Shown: positions 30,621 through 40,312 of the stretch, in pieces
Layout: every line of letters begins with the position of its first letter
How positions within the stretch are numbered: the stretch's first letter is position 1
From: a virus
IMG/VR virus record: IMGVR_UViG_3300033146_003955
Span: 94,813-158,812 of that record
Length of the DNA: 64,000 nucleotides
Strand: one strand, 5' to 3'
The notes under the pieces: generated by a model
Told to the model about the DNA's origin: nothing
What the model saw: only the letters and a program-made list of their open reading frames with translations
Databases searched by the model: none
Position numbers and translations under genes: made by a program

Positions 30621-30976
30621 TATTTACCAGCACCACGAATCCAATCATTCATAACTTTATTAAGAAATGCTGATCTGGAAGATACTTTACCTTGAGGTGC
30701 TATTTTAGAATACTTCCTCTGTATTGCTTTAATGTGTTCTTCCCCAACTTTTCTAAGTTGATTACCATCCATTTTAGCATATCTTTTTAAATCTTGTGGA
30801 AGAAGGAGAGCTCTTACCTGATCATAACCCTTATTAAATTCATTAGCAATTTTTTTACTAATTTCATCACCTGAATTATTTAAAGCTCTTAATTCTTTAA
30901 CGCGTGTTTTTAAATCTTTAATTTTATTATTTACTTTGTCTTCGTTTAACTGAAAATCAAACATATCTAATTTCAT
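30620..30976 (-). CDS. possible head-internal protein
   Basis: N-terminal FQLNE; AAGGAG RBS. Confidence 0.6.
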   Translation of the reverse strand: MKLDMFDFQLNEDKVNNKIKDLKTRVKELRALNNSGDEISKKIANEFNKGYDQVRALLLPQDLKRYAKMDGNQLRKVGEEHIKAIQRKYSKIAPQGKVSSRSAFLNKVMNDWIRGAGK

Positions 30977-30990
30977 ATTAATTCTCCTTG

Positions 30991-31143
30991 TTATTTAAAT
31001 ATTCTCATTACAATTCTATACTTATTATCATTTAACATCTTAGCAACTCCGGTGTTACCCATTTTTCTAGATTTATATGTATATGTAAAACCACCAATCC
31101 ATTTTATTTTATCACTAAATTCCATATATTTATCTTTATACAT
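30991..31143 (-). CDS. small protein with C-terminal hydrophobic motif
   Basis: start moved to ATG 31143 (coupled to upstream gene); RIVMRIF. Confidence 0.45.
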   Translation of the reverse strand: MYKDKYMEFSDKIKWIGGFTYTYKSRKMGNTGVAKMLNDNKYRIVMRIFK

Positions 31144-31498
31144 TCTCAAATAAAAGATTGAAAAATTCAACTGGATTACGTTTATATTCTTTATAAAATT
31201 TCTCGTAAGCTTCTTCAAGAGAGGATTGAAAATATTCATCCCAGTCTAGCGGGTCTATATCACTAGGATGATGATATTGATTAGCAAGAATATCTGATGG
31301 TATTAAATTCTCTAATCCTTTAAGCTGGAAATTATAATCCCAATCATCTGAATCTGTTTCTATACATATACATTTAATTATAATAGGCCAAAGATATTGT
31401 TTTCCTTTTACATCTGTAGGGAATCTATCAGCAATATAATAGGTTTTCCCTTTTTCAAACTCTATTTTTTTACCATCTTTTTTAAATTTATAAATCAT
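31136..31498 (-). CDS. small protein with C-terminal hydrophobic motif
   Basis: EFFNLLF. Confidence 0.65.
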   Translation of the reverse strand: MIYKFKKDGKKIEFEKGKTYYIADRFPTDVKGKQYLWPIIIKCICIETDSDDWDYNFQLKGLENLIPSDILANQYHHPSDIDPLDWDEYFQSSLEEAYEKFYKEYKRNPVEFFNLLFENV

Positions 31499-31621
31499 GT
31501 TTATTCCTATAGTAGTATTATGTTTATATAAGATCTATTTATTATATATTTATCAGTTCATCTCGTGAACACTAGCGTTCATAGTATGAAGACACTCTTC
31601 ACTATATGAATATACGTTCAT

Positions 31622-32119
31622 TTAGTGAATATCAATTTCTATGCCTTCAACTGTACCATCAATACCTCTCGTTAAAGTTTGCGTTTCAGTTTCTATCAGT
31701 TCATCGTCATCATCATATATTTCGGATACGATTTCTACAACTGCGCCATTTATATTTCTTATTATACTTTCTTCGCGTAATATTCTCGTTTTAGCAGCAT
31801 CTTTAAAGTATGTAATTTTTGATGTTTTGCCAGCAATTTTCTCTGTATCAAATATTGAATCGTCTGCTACATTATGTGCATGGGCGTCAACTTGACGGTG
31901 TGTAAAGTCATTCAACTTCTTTATATATCTAATTAGCACCTTATAAGTTATATTTACACCATCTAATTTTATAGTTAATAGAGTCGATTCAAGATCTATA
32001 GAATTTATTATTTGTTTATCAGTAAACATTTCAATATCTAAGCTTTCTCCTGTTTCCAACTCAATTCCTAAATCATTTATAGTTATGGTGTTGGATGTTT
32101 CATTAACTAATTCAAGCAT
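31622..32119 (-). CDS. virion protein, N-module family
   Basis: MLELVNETSNTITINDLGI; GGAG before ATG 32119. Confidence 0.6.
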   Translation of the reverse strand: MLELVNETSNTITINDLGIELETGESLDIEMFTDKQIINSIDLESTLLTIKLDGVNITYKVLIRYIKKLNDFTHRQVDAHAHNVADDSIFDTEKIAGKTSKITYFKDAAKTRILREESIIRNINGAVVEIVSEIYDDDDELIETETQTLTRGIDGTVEGIEIDIH

Positions 32120-32351
32120 TTTTTCTCCCAAATCGAAATTGCTTATTACTAAATATAGATTCAAATATCCATTCTTTAAAATATATTTCGTCTTCTACAC
32201 TTAATAATTTATAGCCAGCTTCTTTTAAAGAAGTAGCTCCTCTTTTTACGTTTAAAACAGAAATTTCAATTATTCCCTCATATATATGTAAATCTTTATC
32301 CATAATATATACACTCCAATAAAGATCATCCATATCACCCCAAATTATCAT
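32112..32351 (-). CDS. small protein with C-terminal hydrophobic motif
   Basis: WIFESIF. Confidence 0.6.
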   Translation of the reverse strand: MIIWGDMDDLYWSVYIMDKDLHIYEGIIEISVLNVKRGATSLKEAGYKLLSVEDEIYFKEWIFESIFSNKQFRFGRKNA

Positions 32352-33442
32352 TTAGTATTCCACCTTTCCATCATTTTCCAAGCTGTTAACATATAATGAG
32401 CTTCTAAATCTCCTAGATCATTTATTTCAGTGTTGTAATGATTATCCTTTTTCAATTTATTAAAATCTTTAATTATTTGTTGTTTGTGATAGTGATAACC
32501 CTTCCCGTAAGTTTTAGTATGATATAGACCTATTTCACCATAGTCGTTTTTCTTTCTCTCAACTCGAGTATAGTAAGCATTTTTACCACCTTCAAAGTAG
32601 TTGTATGTTATTCTTACTCTACGTTTTGTAATTTCTATAAAGTCAACATAGTAATCTATATTTTTCATTTTCTCAACTAAAGTATCAAATAATTTTTGAA
32701 ATTCTTTTCTCTGGAATGAGAATCTAAATTCATCTAAATATACACCTATTTCTAATCCAGCATCTCGTATTGGTTTCTCTATACGTTCGCGAAAAAATTC
32801 GTCATTCGATTTAATTTCTATAATATTATTACTACTATAATTTTTTTTAAATATAGGATGTATTTTTAATAATGTTTTCATTATTAAATTTACACCTTTT
32901 AATTTTGGTCTTTTATTTATGTAAGGATCATTATAGCTTTTTATTCTTGCATCTTTAAAATAATCATATAAATTATCAGGGTCAACCTCAATTATAGGAG
33001 CAAGAAATTTAAAAACTTCATCAAATACATCATATGTAGTTTTATTTGTTGTATGGATGGGTTTAATATTCATAATATAATCTAATTCTTGTTTTTCACT
33101 TTTACCATTTCTATTATATATGAATGTAGGTTTATAATATAATTTATTCAATTCAGGTTTAAATTCTAAACGTAAGACTGTACCGCTCTTACCACTTAAC
33201 CGTATATCTATTGGCGTGTCATTTGTAAAGTATATGCTATATGAAGAGTTACCTGCATCCATATTATGAGCATCATTCATCAGATTTTGTTTTATTTTAA
33301 CATCAACAAGGTCGTATTTGTCTAATATTTGGATAAATATACGCATTATTTCTACAGTACTAAAATCACTTATAGCATCATTAAATTCTGCTTTATTTAT
33401 AGTATCTTTTTTAGCTTCATTTAAGTTCATTAAGATCTCCAC
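32348..33442 (-). CDS. hypothetical, possible head-internal protein
   Basis: N-terminal MNLNEA. Confidence 0.65.
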   Translation of the reverse strand: MEILMNLNEAKKDTINKAEFNDAISDFSTVEIMRIFIQILDKYDLVDVKIKQNLMNDAHNMDAGNSSYSIYFTNDTPIDIRLSGKSGTVLRLEFKPELNKLYYKPTFIYNRNGKSEKQELDYIMNIKPIHTTNKTTYDVFDEVFKFLAPIIEVDPDNLYDYFKDARIKSYNDPYINKRPKLKGVNLIMKTLLKIHPIFKKNYSSNNIIEIKSNDEFFRERIEKPIRDAGLEIGVYLDEFRFSFQRKEFQKLFDTLVEKMKNIDYYVDFIEITKRRVRITYNYFEGGKNAYYTRVERKKNDYGEIGLYHTKTYGKGYHYHKQQIIKDFNKLKKDNHYNTEINDLGDLEAHYMLTAWKMMERWNTK

Positions 33443-34269
33443 TTCACGAAAACGTTTATAACTATATCCTTAACTGGTGCACCAGAACCAGATGTGAATA
33501 TCTGTAATATATCTTCAACATTTAAATCTATATTGAGTTGATTGTTAGTATATATTCCACCAACTAATTGAAAAGAATAAACATTAGAGCTGTTTACTCT
33601 CACATTAAAGTTTTTAGACAAATTACCGCGATCAGCATATGCAGCAATTTTTACAATAGTAGCATTAATAGGCATAATATATCCAGCACCTGTAGATGTG
33701 ATATCGCCTATTTTCATATATCTTCCGTCTGACACATTCTCAGACCACAAATAGCCCGTTTCAGATATGCTTAATGTTTTACCCCTTACATTATCATAAA
33801 TATAAGCGTCACCATTAATTATAACAATATTACCAGCGACAGGAGGATTAATTATATTTGCCCAATCAACTTGCGCGCTACCGGGAGTTTGCAATTCTGT
33901 TTCAGTATAATACCTTCCGTCATGTATATGGAGAGAAGTATCACTTCCATCAGTTAATTCTTCCAACTCCACATTGGTTATATCAGTAATATCATCTTTA
34001 CCGGTAATATAGGAATAATCAACTTTATCCCATCTGGTTAGGGCGGTTAGGTAATCTATAAATTCAGTATAGGTGAGATTGTAAGTAGCATTAAGCCAAA
34101 TTTCACCACCTAAAGATAGTGTAGCCTCTATATCTGTAGATTCTAATAGATCTTCAGTTCTAAAATTAGGTATAAGGTCTAAATCTTCACCAGGAGTTAC
34201 CTCAACTCCTATATCTGATATTATGAGTATATTTGATGCATGTGTATTTTTAAAAACAAGAGTATCCAT
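33430..34269 (-). CDS. minimal fibre-family protein (N-module + LTDGSD/HDGRYY + C-module)
   Basis: paralogy to 23265 and 45614 genes; AAGATAA 5 nt before ATG. Confidence 0.7.
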   Translation of the reverse strand: MDTLVFKNTHASNILIISDIGVEVTPGEDLDLIPNFRTEDLLESTDIEATLSLGGEIWLNATYNLTYTEFIDYLTALTRWDKVDYSYITGKDDITDITNVELEELTDGSDTSLHIHDGRYYTETELQTPGSAQVDWANIINPPVAGNIVIINGDAYIYDNVRGKTLSISETGYLWSENVSDGRYMKIGDITSTGAGYIMPINATIVKIAAYADRGNLSKNFNVRVNSSNVYSFQLVGGIYTNNQLNIDLNVEDILQIFTSGSGAPVKDIVINVFVKWRS

Positions 34270-34302
34270 TAAAATTATCTTTAGAAGAAGGGGAAAATTA
34301 TA

Positions 34303-34794
34303 CTATTTAGATAATAAGTCTTTCGCAATATTATTATTTTGTTTGTTTTTTCTTAAATTTAATTCTTCATTATCATATATAACTTTTCCATTTGCAGATA
34401 TAAATATATCACTATCTATAAAAAAATTAGCAATAAGAGAAATATCAGATTGTGGTCTCTTTTTATTAAATAATGCTTCAACAGTTTTTTTAAAACCAAT
34501 ATCAACTTGATAATATTTTATTGATAATTGCTTTACAATATTTATTATCTTTTCAATGAATGGTTTTCTACTAAAATTTAATTCATTTAAAAACTCATCA
34601 ATTGTTAATTTTTCAATTTTTCCATAATAGTTTAAATATATACTAATTTTATTTTTTTTATTATTAACAAATTCTAACGTAATTTTTCTTTTTTCGTCTT
34701 CAAATATATATCTACCTGAATGTTTTGCTCCACCCGGACCATTATATACATTATCGTTTATTAACAACAATTTAGCTAAATTATTTAATTTCAT
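34303..34794 (-). CDS. hypothetical protein, AKxLL motif at both ends
   Basis: LAKLLL / IAKDLL. Confidence 0.6.
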   Translation of the reverse strand: MKLNNLAKLLLINDNVYNGPGGAKHSGRYIFEDEKRKITLEFVNNKKNKISIYLNYYGKIEKLTIDEFLNELNFSRKPFIEKIINIVKQLSIKYYQVDIGFKKTVEALFNKKRPQSDISLIANFFIDSDIFISANGKVIYDNEELNLRKNKQNNNIAKDLLSK

Positions 34795-35128
34795 TTGTTC
34801 CTTTAATATGTGTAAAATATCTACACAGAGAATTTTTACTTATAGGGGAGTTTGTAATCTCACAACGCTGATATATTAAATGAATATAATATTCAGCACT
34901 CGTATTATACTCTTCAGCAGAGACGTAAACTTTATCATCATAAATATAAGCCATAATCATCCGTCTTATACCATTTTCACTCTTCTCTATCTCTATAACT
35001 GAGGAAGCATAAGAAAGTATATAGGGAAGAGATTTAATTCGTTCAATTTCTATTTCTTCTCTCACATGATTACAATCAAGGCATGTATTTTCAAGTAGAA
35101 GGTTTTTAGCTATATCACCTATATTCAT
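34781..35128 (-). CDS. small Cys4 zinc-binding protein
   Basis: IAKNLLLENTCLDC...C...CRYF. Confidence 0.6.
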   Translation of the reverse strand: MNIGDIAKNLLLENTCLDCNHVREEIEIERIKSLPYILSYASSVIEIEKSENGIRRMIMAYIYDDKVYVSAEEYNTSAEYYIHLIYQRCEITNSPISKNSLCRYFTHIKGTNEIK

Positions 35129-35310
35129 TTTTTAATAAAGTCTCCACATGTTTTAATCTCTAGTATATCTTATACTCAGTGTGTCTTGGAATACCATTCT
35201 ATACTTAATAAGTTACCTATACTATCTTGCCATACTATCTCAGTATCATTATGATAGTAGTGGAAGCAATTAAAACATGTGAAATCTTTTAATATATTAT
35301 TTATGTTTAT
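35125..35310 (-). pseudogene. decayed Cys zinc-binding paralogue
   Basis: ATA at start position, reads TCFNC...KTH*V*DILEIKTCGDF; overlaps both neighbours like a coupled gene. Confidence 0.55.
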
Positions 35311-36269
35311 TACTTAGTTAAAATAAGCTTCCCATTTGAAACTTTAAAATCTTTAACGGCAAAACCAGCAGCCTGCTTGTGTCCACCACCACCGAATGAT
35401 TTAGCAATTATAGAGAGGTCTATATCCTCTCTTGTGGTATAAATTGAACAACCATACTCCTCATATTTCCCATTATATGTATAAGCAAGCATAAAGTCAT
35501 ATTCCTCCTCATTCCACTCAGCATCAAAGAATTGGCTATTCTTAATAAAGGTGTTGGCAACTAAAACTTTATGTCCCATAAGCTCAGCATCGAAAGCAGT
35601 AACACTTAATCCAAATTTATTCTGTTCCTTTTGATATCTATAGAGAAGTTTACCTTTATAGATAGTCTCATCTATAAAATCATTATAGAGGGCGAAATAT
35701 CTACCACTCTTAGGATTATCCCTATCCTGACTAACCATCCAAAGATTATGTAAATGAGACCAAAACATCTGCCAATTATCATCAAACTTAGGGCTTGTAC
35801 TATGCACCTTCATTCCATACTGGAAGGGGATAATTTTATTAAACCATTTTGATCTATCAGATTGATCCCATACATCATATCTACCGAGCATTCTAATATG
35901 TGTGGGCACTTTTATACCAGGATAAAAATATTGCCAGGCCAATTCGCAACCTGCAAGAGCAGCGTCAAGAACACCGCCAGTTACGTACTTCAACATATCT
36001 GAATCTATTACCGTCTTATGATGGTCAATAATATAAACTTCCCAACCATACTTCTTTTCAAACTCTTTCATGTCTTCATTAGGTTGGTAGGTAACATCAA
36101 GGAAGTATACCTTATCGCCCCTCTCAAACTCTTCGAAAGGGAATTCTTGCCCATAATTATATGGGTGCATTGTATATGCTTCCCCTGCTGTATATTCAAA
36201 ATATTCTCTTGCTATTGCACCGCTAGCAGCTCCGTCTAAATCTGCTGAGTGGTATACTATTCTTACCAT
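35310..36269 (-). CDS. DHH/DHHA1 phosphoesterase
   Basis: YHSADLDG, FLD, IDHH, D.WD, GGGGHKQAAGF. Confidence 0.9.
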   Translation of the reverse strand: MVRIVYHSADLDGAASGAIAREYFEYTAGEAYTMHPYNYGQEFPFEEFERGDKVYFLDVTYQPNEDMKEFEKKYGWEVYIIDHHKTVIDSDMLKYVTGGVLDAALAGCELAWQYFYPGIKVPTHIRMLGRYDVWDQSDRSKWFNKIIPFQYGMKVHSTSPKFDDNWQMFWSHLHNLWMVSQDRDNPKSGRYFALYNDFIDETIYKGKLLYRYQKEQNKFGLSVTAFDAELMGHKVLVANTFIKNSQFFDAEWNEEEYDFMLAYTYNGKYEEYGCSIYTTREDIDLSIIAKSFGGGGHKQAAGFAVKDFKVSNGKLILTK

Positions 36270-36270
36270 T

Positions 36271-36564
36271 TTATTCTCCTATTTTCAAATCTATTACTAT
36301 TATTTCTGATGATGCTATTTGTTGTACTTGTGTTGTAATAACATTGTCATCATCAATTATATTAAAATTACGAATTTCGTTTTGTTCTTTTAGCTGAGTT
36401 AATCTTTTTATTATTCTATTTGTTAAAATATTATGTGTTATTACGTCATTTACTTCTCCAATCATATTGCTATATATTTCTTGAATATTTAGCTGTAATT
36501 GCTCTTGAAGAGTTAGATCATCTAAAAGATATCTTTTTGCTTCTACATCTGGCGTTTCTTTCAT
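36271..36564 (-). CDS. hypothetical protein
   Basis: EAKRYLL motif. Confidence 0.6.
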   Translation of the reverse strand: MKETPDVEAKRYLLDDLTLQEQLQLNIQEIYSNMIGEVNDVITHNILTNRIIKRLTQLKEQNEIRNFNIIDDDNVITTQVQQIASSEIIVIDLKIGE

Positions 36565-36860
36565 TTATTCTGTTCATTTCTTCTTTTCATTAAAAATACA
36601 CTCTTTTCTTCTTTTCCCATCCAATGGCTGCAACCGCCAATATCTGGTATTTTCCACCTTCTACCTGGAGCTGAACATCCAAAATCGCCATGGAAAAGGT
36701 CTCTACGAAGTTTTAGCTTCTTTGCTTCATTGTCATCTATTAAAGAATCTTTAGACCAATCTATATAGTGATTTCTGCTACAAGCTAATCTCCAAGCACA
36801 GGAGATACATTCTTTACCGGCTAGGAGAAACTTTATGCCTTCAATATCCGTAGAATTCAT
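36561..36860 (-). CDS. small Cys zinc-binding protein
   Basis: CISC...C...C...CSHW. Confidence 0.6.
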   Translation of the reverse strand: MNSTDIEGIKFLLAGKECISCAWRLACSRNHYIDWSKDSLIDDNEAKKLKLRRDLFHGDFGCSAPGRRWKIPDIGGCSHWMGKEEKSVFLMKRRNEQNK

Positions 36861-37074
36861 GTGGTTTTTTATCCTTATTATATCCTATATCAGGATTCAC
36901 GCGTCCATATCTATTTTTATCACTTGACCAGTCCCAACATATTCTCTCATTAGGGAATTGGGTATTAAACCATAAACATATAGCCCCATCATAAGGACTG
37001 TCATTATAACCCATACAATTATCACAAGTCTTCCCCTCCAAGAGATTTTTTGCAACAATATTACTACTTTCCAT
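36841..37074 (-). CDS. small Cys4 zinc-binding protein
   Basis: VAKNLLEGKTCDNC...C...CWDW. Confidence 0.6.
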   Translation of the reverse strand: MESSNIVAKNLLEGKTCDNCMGYNDSPYDGAICLWFNTQFPNERICWDWSSDKNRYGRVNPDIGYNKDKKPHEFYGY

Positions 37075-37591
37075 TTTTAGCCTTTAGCATATCTCCTATA
37101 GAGCAACCTTCATCATATTTTTCTTCTTTTTTCTTTTTCTTATAATCAAATTCAGGTTTCTCATCCCAACCATGAGCTTTCCTATGAACGTTGCCGACTC
37201 CTACGCCTTTGCTCATCATACTTTGAAGTGCAGCTTTTTCAAACTGTTTATACTCAGTAATGAAATCGAGGGGCGAACCACCAAACTTCTCTTGATATTC
37301 TTCGTGGGCACTAGTAAGATGCATTAGGCCAGTTAGGTCCTGCCCGTCTTTAACACGGAGAGCCATTAGATGAGGCATTAATTTAACAAAGAAATCATTT
37401 TTCTCTTTAGCAGTTTTGACATGTTCATCTTTCACACGAAAGATAAATTTTTCGTCAGTCTTCTCAAACATATTGTTAAATTCTTCCCAAGTTGCCTCAT
37501 CTTTAAGTTGTCCTATAAAAGACTTAACACCAAGATATTTAAACGTAACACCAACTTTACTTTTGTTAACAACTTTAACTTTTACATCCAC
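37064..37591 (-). CDS. hypothetical protein
   Basis: 175-aa ORF overlapping neighbours. Confidence 0.7.
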   Translation of the reverse strand: MDVKVKVVNKSKVGVTFKYLGVKSFIGQLKDEATWEEFNNMFEKTDEKFIFRVKDEHVKTAKEKNDFFVKLMPHLMALRVKDGQDLTGLMHLTSAHEEYQEKFGGSPLDFITEYKQFEKAALQSMMSKGVGVGNVHRKAHGWDEKPEFDYKKKKKEEKYDEGCSIGDMLKAKNGK

Positions 37592-37905
37592 CGTCCGTCA
37601 TCTCCTTTCAATAATATTGCTTTAGCTTTTATATCTCCATCAACTACGTGAAAAGTATTCTCCCTATTTATTTCGGCAAACTTTTTAAAATCAGAAATAT
37701 AACCACTAATAAATTTCCCTGTATCTGGTTGATAAATAGAATATTCTAATACAGTTACGTCATCATCTTTGTGTACTTTATCTATATATAAATATGCATC
37801 CATGTTTTTAAATTTACCATATAAAATTTTCTCTTCATCAAAAAAACTTATGATATCAAACATATTAAGCACTTTTCTTTCCACACCATTTTCAACTATA
37901 TACAT
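37582..37905 (-). CDS. hypothetical protein
   Basis: GGAGG RBS; C-terminal KAKAILL. Confidence 0.65.
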   Translation of the reverse strand: MYIVENGVERKVLNMFDIISFFDEEKILYGKFKNMDAYLYIDKVHKDDDVTVLEYSIYQPDTGKFISGYISDFKKFAEINRENTFHVVDGDIKAKAILLKGDDGRWM

Positions 37906-38243
37906 TTAACCTCCAGGAGAGAAATCTTAGCTTTAAGCATATCATCAATTGTATGTACTTCACCCCCAATACAAAGGCCAAGCCATTCCTCTATAAATGT
38001 ATCTATATGTATAAGATCATTACCATGTCTTACCGTTTTATTATCCATATTATAGATAGAGAAGTTAACTTCATCATCCCTAATACTGTGTATAATAGTA
38101 ATAATATTGATTGCACGACCGTCACTCCACTCCACTTGCCATTGAAACATTCTTTCATTAAGTAGGAGACTGCAAGTGTTTTTGAGGCCAAGAGATGAAA
38201 AATCATGTTTATTATATTTATGCAAGCTCTTCCACCAATTCAT
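37896..38243 (-). CDS. hypothetical protein
   Basis: C-terminal KAKISLL. Confidence 0.55.
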   Translation of the reverse strand: MNWWKSLHKYNKHDFSSLGLKNTCSLLLNERMFQWQVEWSDGRAINIITIIHSIRDDEVNFSIYNMDNKTVRHGNDLIHIDTFIEEWLGLCIGGEVHTIDDMLKAKISLLEVKCI

Positions 38244-38634
38244 TTAATTTATCCGTAACTGCTTGAACTTTAGAAACATCTGTATTACTCTCTATCAACT
38301 TAATAAGTTTCTCAAGTGTTATTGACGCAATAGATTTCTCTGTAAAGAGTGCATAGACTAGTTCAAACTTGGCTAATATAATATTGTCTGTAACAACAGT
38401 TCTGTTAATTTTTATAAATCGGTCTTGTCGATATGCATCTCGCATAAATACTCTAAACTCTTCATTTTCAACTAAATTGGAATCAAAATAAAGAGTTTTG
38501 GTGTTAGGTATTTCTTGGGAGCCAATGTTTATTGTAGGTCTTTTATCATAACCGGGGCCTTTAGTTTTAAAAGAGTAAAACTCCTCGTATCCTTCCATCT
38601 CAACTAACATTAATGTTTCTATGGGTACTCTCAT
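38218..38634 (-). CDS. hypothetical protein
   Basis: ORF in operon. Confidence 0.6.
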   Translation of the reverse strand: MRVPIETLMLVEMEGYEEFYSFKTKGPGYDKRPTINIGSQEIPNTKTLYFDSNLVENEEFRVFMRDAYRQDRFIKINRTVVTDNIILAKFELVYALFTEKSIASITLEKLIKLIESNTDVSKVQAVTDKLNELVEELA

Positions 38635-38635
38635 G

Positions 38636-38998
38636 TTAATCCCTTGCTAATAGCATTTTTGTAACTTCTGCCTGCATGTCCACTCTACTTTCAATTATAC
38701 TTAAAGCCTCAGCATAGTGGAAGGTGGTTGTACTTTTATGTTTACAGTAAACCATAGCTGACCAAAAGTCTTCTTCTTTATTTAATCCTCTTCCAATATT
38801 AATCATAACTGGTTCATTGTCGAACTCAAATACTAGTGTACCACCAGCATATTCAGCTACTCTCTTTTTATCATATATTTGTTTAATATAAAGAGACATA
38901 TCTTTTGTACGAAGAGGATTTGGATCAGGTATGCCCATTAAAGTGTTTACTCGTCTACTTGGAATACCAGAAAAAAATTTGTTATATATATTTACCAT
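38636..38998 (-). CDS. hypothetical protein
   Basis: GGAG RBS; C-terminal VTKMLL. Confidence 0.6.
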   Translation of the reverse strand: MVNIYNKFFSGIPSRRVNTLMGIPDPNPLRTKDMSLYIKQIYDKKRVAEYAGGTLVFEFDNEPVMINIGRGLNKEEDFWSAMVYCKHKSTTTFHYAEALSIIESRVDMQAEVTKMLLARD

Positions 38999-39975
38999 CG
39001 ACCACTCCTCCTATCTAACATCTCAAAAAGTTCATCTATGGTTTTATATCTGGAACCATTGAACTCTATAATTTTTAGTCCAGCTTCAATAAAATGGTCA
39101 AAAATGAAGTTTCTTTGTTTTGTAGTAATTTTGTGTTGCTTCCTCATAATGAAGTTGTCGCTAGTAAGTTTAATCCAACCACTATTTTCTAAATCGTCCT
39201 CATCACCAGGTGAGAGACCTAATTCAGCCAAGTGTTGAGCAAGATTTATATGACCCATATATTCGCATGGGTAGAAGGTACCTTTAGGGTTAATCCACCC
39301 ATGAGCACTTTCCCCAGCTTCTCCTTCTGTAACAACAGCATTATCAATCCTATCCATCCTTTCAATGAATTCGTCTATATCTACTTCTACATTATTTTTC
39401 TCAACATATCCCCGAAAAGTATCAATAGCGGAGGTGGAAGTAAATTTATTTGAATCAAATTTCTCATACATTTCTTTCTCAATTTCATCGAAAGTATGAT
39501 CTGAAAGTTCACAGATGATGGTTAATTGTTTGAGATAGTCAAATTTCTTTTTCTCGAGAGAGATAGCACTACTTCTAACTTCTCTTTCAATATCATAGAT
39601 GTCTTCCGAATCACCTTTATCAAGACTTCGAATCATATTCTTTCTAAGATAATAATCATATTCCATTTTATCAACTTGGAGTTCAATATATCTATCTTTT
39701 AATTTGTAAAACCATTCCTCAACTGTTGTACCTTGATAATCATCTTCATCATCTGTAAGGTTGAGAGTATGATCACCTTCACGAGTATCACCAACAAGAT
39801 GCATATCACCTTCAAATAGTTTAACAGCCAATTCGGTAGGCATATTAAGACCTTCTTTGGTTGTCCTTAGTGCATGCACTATATTACCTTCCTCCCAGAA
39901 GGCTCTCATGATTGTATTCATATTTTCACCAGTTGTCCAGAATGCTACTCTCTCCACCAATTCAGCTTCTTCCAC
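38992..39975 (-). CDS. hypothetical protein with C-terminal GWIxPxG...H...GWIK domain
   Basis: HGWINPKGTFYPC..MGH...LENSGWIKL; AAGGAG RBS. Confidence 0.7.
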   Translation of the reverse strand: MEEAELVERVAFWTTGENMNTIMRAFWEEGNIVHALRTTKEGLNMPTELAVKLFEGDMHLVGDTREGDHTLNLTDDEDDYQGTTVEEWFYKLKDRYIELQVDKMEYDYYLRKNMIRSLDKGDSEDIYDIEREVRSSAISLEKKKFDYLKQLTIICELSDHTFDEIEKEMYEKFDSNKFTSTSAIDTFRGYVEKNNVEVDIDEFIERMDRIDNAVVTEGEAGESAHGWINPKGTFYPCEYMGHINLAQHLAELGLSPGDEDDLENSGWIKLTSDNFIMRKQHKITTKQRNFIFDHFIEAGLKIIEFNGSRYKTIDELFEMLDRRSGRW

Positions 39976-39985
39976 TTTGCACTCC

Positions 39986-40267
39986 TTATACTTTCAACTC
40001 TTCAACTAATTTATTATACTCTTGTTTGATTTTGTCAGCTTCGTCTGCCCAATACATAAAAGAAGGATCATTTTCATAATCATTCAACTCTCCAGACAAT
40101 TCCGACAAACTACATTGACACGAAATCATTTCATTATATTTTTTGACTAATTTATCAAAATAGGAGAGGGATTCTAATTTAGCTAAATCACTTCTCAATC
40201 TTTTTAATTCTTGTTCCTTATGGATCAGTCTCTTATATCTCTTACTAAATATAATTTTCATCTTCAC
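39986..40267 (-). CDS. coiled-coil hypothetical protein
   Basis: AGGAG RBS. Confidence 0.55.
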   Translation of the reverse strand: MKMKIIFSKRYKRLIHKEQELKRLRSDLAKLESLSYFDKLVKKYNEMISCQCSLSELSGELNDYENDPSFMYWADEADKIKQEYNKLVEELKV

Positions 40268-40284
40268 TCCTATTTAAAATAATT

Positions 40285-40312
40285 GGTAAAAGGGACCGAA
40301 GCCCCTCTTACC
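40285..40312 (-). terminator. UUCG-capped hairpin after CCA C-terminal gene
   Basis: GGTAAGAGGGG-CTTCGG-TCCCTTTTACC on - strand; weak U-tract. Confidence 0.6.

Noticed and set aside
37064-37120. C-terminal SIGDML resembling the ribosomal protein S1 tail
   Set aside because: Too short to support without a search.
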